Below, one piece after another: positions 1-8,433 of a stretch of 43,845 nucleotides of DNA (its first letter is position 1; every line of letters begins with the position of its first letter). The DNA lies in assembly GCA_963780185.1 (NCBI GenBank), contig CAWABA010000012.1, positions 1-43,845 of the forward strand, given 5' to 3'. The DNA is from Candidatus Bathyarchaeota archaeon. GTDB lineage: Archaea > Thermoproteota > Bathyarchaeia > Bathyarchaeales > Bathycorpusculaceae. A model generated the notes under the pieces. That model did not search any database and was not told the DNA's origin. It worked only from the letters and a program-made list of their open reading frames with translations. The translations under genes were made by a program, and so were the position numbers.

Positions 1-16
1 CCTTTTTAACGGCTCC

Positions 17-2674
17 ATGATTTTTCCACTCTGCAACCAGGGAGCAGTCATCGGGCAAGTTCAGTATTCGCCTTCGATAATCGCGGTGACGGCTTACAAC
101 GCGGTTTTCGTCAAGCTCAGCCAAGCATCCCAAACCATCACGCAGGTCTACAACGAAACCACCGCAAACACCATTCTCGCAGCAATCTGCAGCGCCGCCG
201 ACGTACCCGCCGGCAACTGCCCAACCTTCACAGTCAGCATCACTTTTAACAACGCAAACTGCTTCAAAGCTGCGCAGAGCCTCGCAAAAGCCTGCGGCAT
301 GGACTATTGGGCTGACGCAGACGGCTTCAACATCGGCACCCGCGACGGGACGCTTCAGGCGTTGGACTGGATCGACGGCAACAGCAAAAGAAGCTTAGAC
401 TACAGCAAAACAGTCGACTATGTTATCGTCAACGGCGTTAACTCCGGAGGCTTAGCCATTCAAGGATCCGCGGGCACGCCTGGAGGAAGCATAGCGACTT
501 TTACCGAGAAGAAAGCCTGCGACGTTGCTACGCTGAACAATGTAGCCGCCTTTAAACTTCAGAAACTCAACAACCCCTCCAACGGCAACAGCTTAGAATG
601 CCTAATCACCCAAGTCGCCACGTGGCATCCTGGGCAATACGTTTCGGCGAACCGCGCAGACTTGGATTTGGTCGGTAGCTTCATCATTGAACGGATCACC
701 AAAAACGCGGTCGCCTGCACCGTTGAAGTTGACGTGGCTATGCCTCAGATGGATATTGATGCGCTTGAGCAAGATGACTATTCAGGTCCAGAGGGCGACT
801 TAGCGTCTTACGCGGCTCAGCCGACTACCCAAACCCCAGTTAACCTGGTTCTTCATGGGCTTCTTGGTCTCTATCATCTTTGGGAGGGACAGGGAACGTT
901 CGCTCAGGATTCCGCGCCGAACACAACCCCAAACAACGGCAAAATAACCAACGGCACATGGGTTCAAGGGCCTCTCAGCCAGGTTTTACAATTCAATGGG
1001 TCTGGGTATGTTGACTGTACAAACAGCGCAGACGTGACCTCGGCTGGCGCTAACAGCAAATTCGCAGTTGGCTGCTGGTTTAGCCCGTCAGCCTTAATTG
1101 ACCAGGCATCGTTGATCGGGAAAGCTGACCAGTTCTCTCTGGAGCTATCGGGCACCGCGGGAGCCATCCGCTTCGGTGTATACATCGGCGGCGCATGGAA
1201 ATACCTGACATCTCCCAACGGCGTTGTTCCTGTTAATGCCCGATGCTTCGCCATGGGCGTCTATGACGACGCCAACATGTACCTGTACGTCTCTGACCCT
1301 TCAGGAGTCAATCAACTGCTCACTTTTTACCAGGCTCAGACGGGAACCTTAGCCCAATCCAGCAGTGACCTCTACCTCGGGGGCTCTGGCTATAGGGGCG
1401 TCATCTCGGAATGCATGGTTTGGAGTCGGGCTCTTGCCGCTCAGGAGGTGCAGGAGCTCTTTTTTCGACCCCTTGTGCGAGTTGTCAACCTAGGTCAAGT
1501 CGGCCTTTACCTGATTTGCGGCTCCAGCATAAAACCGCAATATACGGTTGTGCCAAATTATCTGCTTGACAGCTTGATTTTAAACGGGAAAGTCGTCGTT
1601 TCATCAGCAACAGGTACCATGAACAGTTATGAGGCAGGCTACACTGTCCTGGGGCTTTTGCAGTTTGGAGGCTCAACTTACTACAGTTTAGCCCAAGCCA
1701 TTCTGGATCTGTGGGCATCTCTGCAGAACTCGGACGGCAGCTGGTATCAACAGTACAACCCTTACTCTCTGTACAGCGTTGTAACCCAAACGTCTGAGGG
1801 CACAGACGGCAACCTGAAAGTCGACTCTGGCGCAGCATTACTTGCCTGGGCAATGAGCTACTACGACCAATTAACCAGCGGCACCCGATACAAAACCAAC
1901 GTACAAACCGCCCTAAGCTTCCTACGGCAACTACAATACACGCACACGGTTGCTCACTCATCAAATCTTATTGCAAACATAATCTTAGACGGCACAACGG
2001 ACACGACCGCGTTGTTGGCTGACTGCGCCGAATGCCTGCTCGCGGCTAAGCATGCAATGGATACTTACGGGTCAAACCTTCAGACGTCGGCAAGTTACAG
2101 TGTGCAACAGTTCGCAAACGACCTTTACTACAGCATGTGCGTAGTTGGCTGGCGCGGCAACTCAGCGCTTTATTTTGACACTTCTTACCCCTACGAGCAG
2201 AATACAAACATCCCCTTCAACTTCCAAGAAAAAATCAGCTACACCCAAGCCCTCTGCAGCTGGGCAGTCTACGAATTCGCCAAAAGCCCTTATCAGAACA
2301 CAAGCGACTACAGCGACACCATCTGCGAACCCTGCATCGACTACATCATCACCGTAACCCGCGGCTCCTGGGGCGGAGAATACTACTGCCCCTACACTGG
2401 AGCATCAGGTCAATCGCAGAATGAATTTGCTGGGTACTCAGCCCTAATGTGCATAGCAACCCAAAAAATCAACAGCACAAAATACGCGTCCTTGATCTCA
2501 GGTTTAACAGGTTTCCTGAAGTGGCTTGCTTTGCCCGACGGGCGAGTCTGCGATGTAGCCGACGCTACAGGCAAACTGTGGAGAAGCAAAATTGCCACAG
2601 GCTCAATGGTAACGGAAGGCGGCTTTTTGGCGCTGCCTATCGCTTTGGCTTTACTTGCAGGCACCGGAAGTTAA
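17..2674 (+). CDS. Viral tail/baseplate-hub-like protein fused to a LamG (ConA-like) domain and a C-terminal alpha/alpha-toroid domain; probably 5'-truncated
   Basis: N-terminal ~240 aa resemble tail proteins (GMDYWAD..., WHPGQYV...FIIERIT). The LamG pattern runs from GLLGLYHLWEGQG to GVISECMVWSRAL..QEVQELF. The C-terminal part is helical with QNSDGSW. The frame is open back to base 2. Confidence 0.65.
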   Translation: MIFPLCNQGAVIGQVQYSPSIIAVTAYNAVFVKLSQASQTITQVYNETTANTILAAICSAADVPAGNCPTFTVSITFNNANCFKAAQSLAKACGMDYWADADGFNIGTRDGTLQALDWIDGNSKRSLDYSKTVDYVIVNGVNSGGLAIQGSAGTPGGSIATFTEKKACDVATLNNVAAFKLQKLNNPSNGNSLECLITQVATWHPGQYVSANRADLDLVGSFIIERITKNAVACTVEVDVAMPQMDIDALEQDDYSGPEGDLASYAAQPTTQTPVNLVLHGLLGLYHLWEGQGTFAQDSAPNTTPNNGKITNGTWVQGPLSQVLQFNGSGYVDCTNSADVTSAGANSKFAVGCWFSPSALIDQASLIGKADQFSLELSGTAGAIRFGVYIGGAWKYLTSPNGVVPVNARCFAMGVYDDANMYLYVSDPSGVNQLLTFYQAQTGTLAQSSSDLYLGGSGYRGVISECMVWSRALAAQEVQELFFRPLVRVVNLGQVGLYLICGSSIKPQYTVVPNYLLDSLILNGKVVVSSATGTMNSYEAGYTVLGLLQFGGSTYYSLAQAILDLWASLQNSDGSWYQQYNPYSLYSVVTQTSEGTDGNLKVDSGAALLAWAMSYYDQLTSGTRYKTNVQTALSFLRQLQYTHTVAHSSNLIANIILDGTTDTTALLADCAECLLAAKHAMDTYGSNLQTSASYSVQQFANDLYYSMCVVGWRGNSALYFDTSYPYEQNTNIPFNFQEKISYTQALCSWAVYEFAKSPYQNTSDYSDTICEPCIDYIITVTRGSWGGEYYCPYTGASGQSQNEFAGYSALMCIATQKINSTKYASLISGLTGFLKWLALPDGRVCDVADATGKLWRSKIATGSMVTEGGFLALPIALALLAGTGS

Positions 2675-2726
2675 CACGGTTTCTGCAGCCCCGTTTTTTC
2701 TTTCATTAGTTAGACTCTGGATGGCT

Positions 2727-2735
2727 CAGTCGCAC
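2727..2735 (+). promoter_or_regulatory. CAGTCGCAC motif, copy 1 (candidate viral regulatory element)
   Basis: The identical 9-mer occurs at 5567-5575; both copies lie ~40-50 nt upstream of a small membrane-protein gene. Confidence 0.3.
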
Positions 2736-2823
2736 GTTCTTTTTCAAAGTAATCTTGCGTTATAGGCTGTGAGAGTAGAGTATGTTATCCCTTCAAAAGT
2801 AAAACCATCTGAAAGTATTAAGC

Positions 2824-3072
2824 ATGATCCTGATTGGCTTAGTCGCTATTACAGTTCCTGCAGATTTTCTCTATGAAGCAATAAGTGCAATAATTTTTGT
2901 CCTCCTTGGTGTCACAGACTACGTAATAGCTCACTACCTCGCAGATCCAACAACAACAGCAGTCGACATCAACAGTGTCTTACAAGGCTTAACTAAATCG
3001 GTGCAAGACCTTAAAACGGCGCCAATTGTACAGCAACCAATTGATAAGAACCAACTTGCCGTGATGTCCTAA
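2824..3072 (+). CDS. Small two-TM membrane protein, holin-like candidate
   Basis: Two hydrophobic segments and a polar tail, located after the tail gene. An in-frame ATG at 2782 is separated from it by TAA at 2800-2802. Confidence 0.55.
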   Translation: MILIGLVAITVPADFLYEAISAIIFVLLGVTDYVIAHYLADPTTTAVDINSVLQGLTKSVQDLKTAPIVQQPIDKNQLAVMS

Positions 3073-3392
3073 ACATCATGACCCAACTAGCATATACTAA
3101 AGTGGCGGCGCCTTCGACTTCTGCAATTTTAGTTGCCCGCCCAGGACATAAGCATTCTTTCTTTTTCTTCTTTTCTTAATTCAGAATTTAGTTAGTGCTA
3201 TAGAAACAATATTTTTTATCAAAAAACCAAACTGAAGACAGCCGTATTTTACCCTACCAAAAAAATGAAATTACATTTTTTGATATTAGCAATCAATATT
3301 GTTAGCGCTTAAGGTTAAAGTCCTCGTTCTTGCTTATGAATTTGCGAAACAGAAATAAAGCAAACGACCCAATAAGAACAAGGGATAACGCT

Positions 3393-4256
3393 ATGAGTGA
3401 ATTGGAAAAAGTCATCGGAGAAGATCTGAAGGCTGCCATTGCTGCTTTTAAAGAGGACTCATACGATACTGCTAACGTATTAGCCAATCGTATTATGTCA
3501 AATGCAATTTTTGCCCAAAATAATAGGATCTTCTTGCCGGGCTTTTTCTTGAAGGACGTAGCCTTTCATTTTGGTCTACTGAAGGTTCGCAGCTCCAGTG
3601 TGGCATTCTCCACAGCTAAATCACATGGTTTTACCTTTGTTGAAAGCTTAGTTAAACAATTTCCCACGTTTGATGAAAAAGACTTATGGAGCCATTTTCT
3701 GGAATATAACGAAAAAATGCGCCATTTTGAATTAACAGATTGGGAAAATAAAAGTTATTCCGTTAATACAAAATTTGCAAGTGAATCATTCAAGTGGCTA
3801 CTAACTTACCTCCAACAGAATAAACAGGCGTTACTGGACCCAAGAAACTTTTTAATCAAAGGTATCATAAATGAGATGAATCGTATTTACAGGGTTCATT
3901 CAGCCGAACTTAGAGACTTCGCTAATTTGTACCTGATAATTGCGCTTGATAGAAATTACGACTATATTTGCCGAATTTGGAATAGGCCGGACATCCGATT
4001 AATAGACGAACAAGAGGTTCAAAAATTCGTTTACCCCGCAGTTGACAAAATAATTAGTTTAAGTCTTCAAGAATTTAATGTCTCAGACTTGGATGCCGAA
4101 TTGTGGATTTTAGTTAAAAAATGGAGAGAATCTTTTATTTTGTATGGTGAATTATTATCACCTGCAGTTGCCTTGCAAAAAGGCATAGAAATACCTGAAG
4201 AGTTAAAGAAAAAATTAAGCGATAGTTTAACAAAAACTTTGGAAAACCAAATGTAG
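3393..4256 (+). CDS. Hypothetical all-helical protein, gene 1 of an AT-rich three-gene operon
   Basis: Long ORF; ATG 3393 (MSELEKV) is a more plausible start than 3330; 8 nt gap to the next gene. Confidence 0.75.
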   Translation: MSELEKVIGEDLKAAIAAFKEDSYDTANVLANRIMSNAIFAQNNRIFLPGFFLKDVAFHFGLLKVRSSSVAFSTAKSHGFTFVESLVKQFPTFDEKDLWSHFLEYNEKMRHFELTDWENKSYSVNTKFASESFKWLLTYLQQNKQALLDPRNFLIKGIINEMNRIYRVHSAELRDFANLYLIIALDRNYDYICRIWNRPDIRLIDEQEVQKFVYPAVDKIISLSLQEFNVSDLDAELWILVKKWRESFILYGELLSPAVALQKGIEIPEELKKKLSDSLTKTLENQM

Positions 4257-4264
4257 GATCATTT

Positions 4265-5101
4265 ATGAGCGAATCTTCACTGCTTTATGAATTGGTTGCT
4301 CAAATAAGAATTAACAACCCTGGTGCAACAGAGGACGAAATCTCAGTGGGAATCATGTCAATTCTTAGCAAAGAAATTCTTCCAAGTGTATTAAAGAATT
4401 TATCATTGCCTAAATTTCCATCCGCTATGGATGAAAGCTTAGAAACGAAAAGACTGAAAGGCCTGCAGGGGTCACGAATAGAGAAAATTGCCAAAGTACA
4501 TCAACGGAGAAGCTTAATTCAGGAAATTGAACAGGTCAGAACTGCGATGGGTTGGGATGGCATAGACGATTTGACTCCCAGAGTTCAGGTCAGCGATTCA
4601 AACTCAATCTATCCTTTTGCAAGAACTCACTCAGCGTCTAAGAATGAAAAAATTAAGAAACAAATAGCTCCAATTGAAATTGAGTCTGAAACAGAAAAAG
4701 AAACTATTAACACAACCGCTCAAAAAATAAATGTTCGTCCAGAGATAAATATTATCGACTTATCAGAGTCAACACAAAGGAAAATAGTTTCAGAACCTTT
4801 GTTTGAGACTTTCTTCAAAGGTGCTGAAGTAAAAATAAGACAAGCAGTCGCAACAAGAGAGCCTGAAACTAGAATAGAAGTACTCTGCAACCCTGACGAA
4901 GAGTCACCAGATAGAACTAAATGCATTGTAAAAATTCATCCACGACAAGGCCTTGATTTTAAAGAAAGAATGAAGCTCTCAACGGTTTTTGATATTATTA
5001 TTAGAACTGAAATCAAATCTTTACTGGAAAAGTCAGACGTTGACGGCAAAAAATACTTACAAAGCATTAATAGAAACTTATTTGTACACGTAGATTTATA
5101 A
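4265..5101 (+). CDS. Hypothetical protein with a C-terminal degenerate nucleotidyltransferase-like (HEPN-partner) domain
   Basis: 278-aa ORF. The C-terminal IEVLCNPDEE...IVKIH...F.ERMKL...LFVHVDL has the beta/alpha pattern I associate with MNT-like partners upstream of HEPN genes (inference). Confidence 0.55.
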   Translation: MSESSLLYELVAQIRINNPGATEDEISVGIMSILSKEILPSVLKNLSLPKFPSAMDESLETKRLKGLQGSRIEKIAKVHQRRSLIQEIEQVRTAMGWDGIDDLTPRVQVSDSNSIYPFARTHSASKNEKIKKQIAPIEIESETEKETINTTAQKINVRPEINIIDLSESTQRKIVSEPLFETFFKGAEVKIRQAVATREPETRIEVLCNPDEESPDRTKCIVKIHPRQGLDFKERMKLSTVFDIIIRTEIKSLLEKSDVDGKKYLQSINRNLFVHVDL

Positions 5102-5110
5102 AGTTAAGAC

Positions 5111-5482
5111 ATGCCTGGTCCTTTCAAGCCGAAAAAATTTTTGGAGCTAGGGAAAACGCTGCTAGCGGACTCTCGTTATGATGAGGATGCTAGAATCAGG
5201 ACTTCTATAGGTCGTTGCTATTATGCGACGTTTTTAATCGCCTGGAGAAAAATGTCACGGGCGGGTGTCAAGTTTGTTGATAAAACGAAAATCCATCAAG
5301 AAGTGAAAGATGCATACATGGATAGCGGGCACTCTGACATTGGAAACAAGTTGGATCAACTACGAGAAATGAGAAGACGCGCAGATTATGAAATGGATAC
5401 GGAAATAGTGATGATTGAGTGCAAACAATGTGCCCAGCTTTCCGAATACACCATAGAATTAATAAGTGAAATTGCAGTTTGA
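5111..5482 (+). CDS. HEPN domain protein (UPF0332-like), putative RNase toxin
   Basis: RTSIGRCYYATF...H...LDQLREMRRRADY motif set; 123 aa, helical. Confidence 0.85.
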   Translation: MPGPFKPKKFLELGKTLLADSRYDEDARIRTSIGRCYYATFLIAWRKMSRAGVKFVDKTKIHQEVKDAYMDSGHSDIGNKLDQLREMRRRADYEMDTEIVMIECKQCAQLSEYTIELISEIAV

Positions 5483-5566
5483 TGACTCAAAAGCATACTT
5501 ACCCGTTCAGGTTCAAGCCTGATAAAACTTAACTTCTTTGCATTGACTATCCTTTAGCTTCGCTTG

Positions 5567-5575
5567 CAGTCGCAC
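5567..5575 (+). promoter_or_regulatory. CAGTCGCAC motif, copy 2
   Basis: Identical to 2727-2735; followed by the SD-like GGAGGTGA and the 78-aa membrane ORF. Confidence 0.3.
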
Positions 5576-5615
5576 CTAACCACTTCCAATTTAGGTATTC
5601 ACCACACGAGGGGAG

Positions 5616-5852
5616 GTGATTTTATTGAGTTATAAAGTTTCGTTTAGTCTAAACCATGGAGTAGCTTTAGCATTTGTCGTCGGTTTAATTGCAGGTTTAA
5701 CGTATCTGATCGACCAGAACGCGCCTATCACGGTCAGCATGGTTCTGATGGGAGTAGTCATCGGCTTAACCGCAGCTCTACATTACGAACAAGGCGACGC
5801 AACATCCACCAGCACCAAAACACAGAACCCTCAGCCTCAAACCCCAAAGTAA
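5616..5852 (+). CDS. Small two-TM membrane protein, holin-like candidate
   Basis: Two hydrophobic helices and a T/Q/P-rich tail; strong SD GGGGAGGTGA (true start may be TTG 5625). Confidence 0.65.
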   Translation: MILLSYKVSFSLNHGVALAFVVGLIAGLTYLIDQNAPITVSMVLMGVVIGLTAALHYEQGDATSTSTKTQNPQPQTPK

Positions 5853-5853
5853 C

Positions 5854-5894
5854 CCCGCGAAAGAAGGCGGGTCTGAATTTTTCCTATCTTTTTT
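5854..5894 (+). terminator. Hairpin plus T-rich tract, terminator-like
   Basis: CCCGC-gaaagaag-GCGGG directly after the stop, followed by T-runs. Confidence 0.45.
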
Positions 5895-5904
5895 GTAACT
5901 AAAT

Positions 5905-6336
5905 TTGATGGTGAATTTTTTGGAACAACTGAAAGAAATTAAGAAGCAGCTTGAATCGATCAGTGTCGGCGACCTAATCTGTGTTGAATGGTGCGACGCC
6001 AGCACGGGCAAAAGCAACGGAAGCCAAGACATCGACGTGCCCGTTAAAAGCTGGGGCATATTCATCGGCGTCTTAGGCCTTAGAACCAAGCATATCGTGC
6101 TTGCCCAAAACAGCTTCTGCTACTCCAAAGACCAATTCGACTTGGATTACACGGCTATCCCGCTTAACTCCGCAAACGACGTCGCAGTCGTAGTCACGGG
6201 GCTCATTCCAAAGGAGGCATCGGGCAAATTGGTTAACAGCTTCTTGGAGGGTCACTGCCACCCGCTTGCGAGTCCCCGAATGCTTCAACGCAGAATTTTC
6301 CAGCAGAGGCTGAGCCTAAATGGGAGACCCGATTAA
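5905..6336 (+). CDS. Virus-type hypothetical beta-barrel protein (GDLICVEWCDAS...SWGIFIG)
   Basis: V.W.DA...S.G pattern that I recognise from small phage proteins; overlaps the next ORF. Confidence 0.7.
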   Translation: MMVNFLEQLKEIKKQLESISVGDLICVEWCDASTGKSNGSQDIDVPVKSWGIFIGVLGLRTKHIVLAQNSFCYSKDQFDLDYTAIPLNSANDVAVVVTGLIPKEASGKLVNSFLEGHCHPLASPRMLQRRIFQQRLSLNGRPD

Positions 6337-6562
6337 ACGTGCTTTAACATGCAGGCGGCTGGAGCGGGGGCGGTTCATAGATGAGGAACCCGACGACACG
6401 CTGGTTTACGCTGTGAAGTTCGGCATCGCTATGACTGTGTGCCTCTCAGCGCTTGAAGTCGCGTACATGGGTTTTCTGCATAGTTGGAACAGCGAAGTAT
6501 TCAGCGCCATCACAGGCTTAGCAGGCATACTAATCGGCGTTTTCGTCGGAAGAAAAAAATAA
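6320..6562 (+). CDS. Small two-TM membrane protein
   Basis: Two hydrophobic helices and a basic C-terminus (GRKK); overlaps the upstream gene. Confidence 0.7.
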   Translation: MGDPIKRALTCRRLERGRFIDEEPDDTLVYAVKFGIAMTVCLSALEVAYMGFLHSWNSEVFSAITGLAGILIGVFVGRKK

Positions 6563-7032
6563 AACCAAAATCGAAGAATTATAGTCCTTCAAAAACGCTG
6601 ATTCCCATCATAAGAAGATTGCTGTCTTGCAACCGTGCCAGCAATCGCTTATGGTTTTGATCATCCACAGTTAATTTGCGCTGAGCAATTCTCCCCGAAA
6701 AGCTATTGCGATGAGAAAAAGTAAACCCCGCTTTCCTCTCAAATTCTTTTAGTTAATTTGTTATTATCTCCAACTGAATTTTGAGCAACATCGTAAACTA
6801 TTTGCAAAAATGTTATTAACCCTAACAATCCAATAAGACTATGGCGACCGAGACATTGGTGAGAAGGTTGGTATGCATAATTTTTGTTGGTAACAAAATG
6901 CAGTCACATAATTTTAATATTGATTTGCGTTTCATAATCTTTACAAGGTTAATTAGCAGATCTTTAGCGCGAACTCTTATATAGGGTTAATTGAAAATGA
7001 CAAGTCCAAAAACACAGGTAAAGGACTGTAAT

Positions 7033-7658
7033 ATGAGTGACGTGCGAGAAACAGAGTTTGGTGCAAACGCTGTTCTCATGCTTTCCTTAGTTTCTAACAG
7101 TCTCCAGAAAAGGTTGGCTGGGGATAACTAAGCTGCAAAAACTCTCTTTCCTAATAGAATATCTCCTAGGCTCAAAGAGGTATTAGAGCTTTCGGTTACG
7201 AGTTTTTCATGTATGATCATGGTCCTATTAGCAAAGGCGTTTACAACGACTATGAAGCCTTACTTGATGAGCAACTCTTGATAGAGGACGAAAACGGGAT
7301 CCAAGTTAGTAGTACTGGAAAAAACATAAGTCTGCAATTTGAGAGTATTATACCTGCGGAAATTAGAGATACTATGCAACAAGTTGTAAAAGATTATGGG
7401 CATTTAAGAACACATGAAATGAGAAAGCTTGTTCATGATATGCAAATTCAATTGCCTAATGGAGCCGTTGTAAAGGTGGATAATATTGGGAAAGGTTGTA
7501 CTGTATTGGCTCCATCGTCAAAACATTCCTTTACTCTTAGGTCAGATTACTCTGAAACTTTTGCAATAATGGCAAATAGTTCGTTAATGGATTCAATCCG
7601 TGCAACCAGGAAAAAAGGCTCGAAATGCAGTCCATATAAGCCTATTTCATCTACTTAG
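7033..7658 (+). pseudogene. Panacea/SocA (DUF4065) antitoxin, split by two frameshifts (~7120, ~7180), possibly sequencing artefacts
   Basis: Stitching frames gives MSDVRE...GITKLQKLSFLIE...FGYEFFMYDHGPISKGVY, the Panacea KLQKL...GP signature. Confidence 0.75.
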
Positions 7659-8047
7659 TACTTTTTAGAACGGTGTCTTTGTTTTACGAATTTCTTCCAG
7701 CCTTTGGCTCTTGCCATTTTTAAGTCAGCGTAAATGTCATGGTCATTGTATTCCCATAACAATATAGCATCGTTAGTCATCTGCGGGCAAATTGGGCAAT
7801 TGTTGATGATTGTTGCTTCCTTTTTTCGACAATCTTCACATATAGCATAAACTATTCTTCCGCCAGTTTTTAATTTGTTATAACTCCAGAGACCTTCGAG
7901 TTCGTAATGTAATTCTTCATTACCATAAGGATCTACAGCAATGGAATTTAGCACCTTATCGTCAATGATTTTCCTGACATATTCCGTTAATCCGACAATA
8001 GAAGGTCCCCACGAATCATCATTAGTAAATATTTGATAGCTCCGCAT
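7655..8047 (-). CDS. RelE/ParE-superfamily toxin with a Cys4 (CEDC...CPIC) insertion
   Basis: DPY..EELHYELEGLWSY...GRIVYAI...HDIY pattern; size fits. Confidence 0.75.
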   Translation of the reverse strand: MRSYQIFTNDDSWGPSIVGLTEYVRKIIDDKVLNSIAVDPYGNEELHYELEGLWSYNKLKTGGRIVYAICEDCRKKEATIINNCPICPQMTNDAILLWEYNDHDIYADLKMARAKGWKKFVKQRHRSKKY

Positions 8048-8433
8048 TTTTCAATCTCTCTCTTCCTTCTCAAGAATAAATTATTTCGCTTACCAGCATT
8101 GCTCGAGATTACTTCAAGGGACATAGTTGAATTATTTTTCTAAATAAGGTTTGTGTATTTGTCATATATTAACTACAAATGTGCATATAAGAAAACATCT
8201 AATTTTTATTTAGATCTTAGAGATTTTCTTCTCCGCTAAACTTTCAAGATTTCTCGTAATTCGAAGTGCTGCCGGGTGCTCAAAAAACACACGCGACACC
8301 CAGCAAGCCCATAATGGCACTCATCCTTATCTTTAAGTTATTTTACGATTTTTCCATCTTTTCACTCTTGGGATTAATCGGGGAAAAAACTTTGGTAAAT
8401 TCTTTTATACACCTAAGCAACAACAGATTGTAT

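Noticed and set aside
6580-6940. Possible decayed minus-strand membrane gene
   Set aside because: Multiple stops in the frames examined and no recognisable family.
8266-8433. 56-aa hydrophobic N-terminal extension of GmrSD in the ORF track
   Set aside because: Reads through AT-rich promoter-like DNA; the DUF262 domain starts just after ATG 8434.
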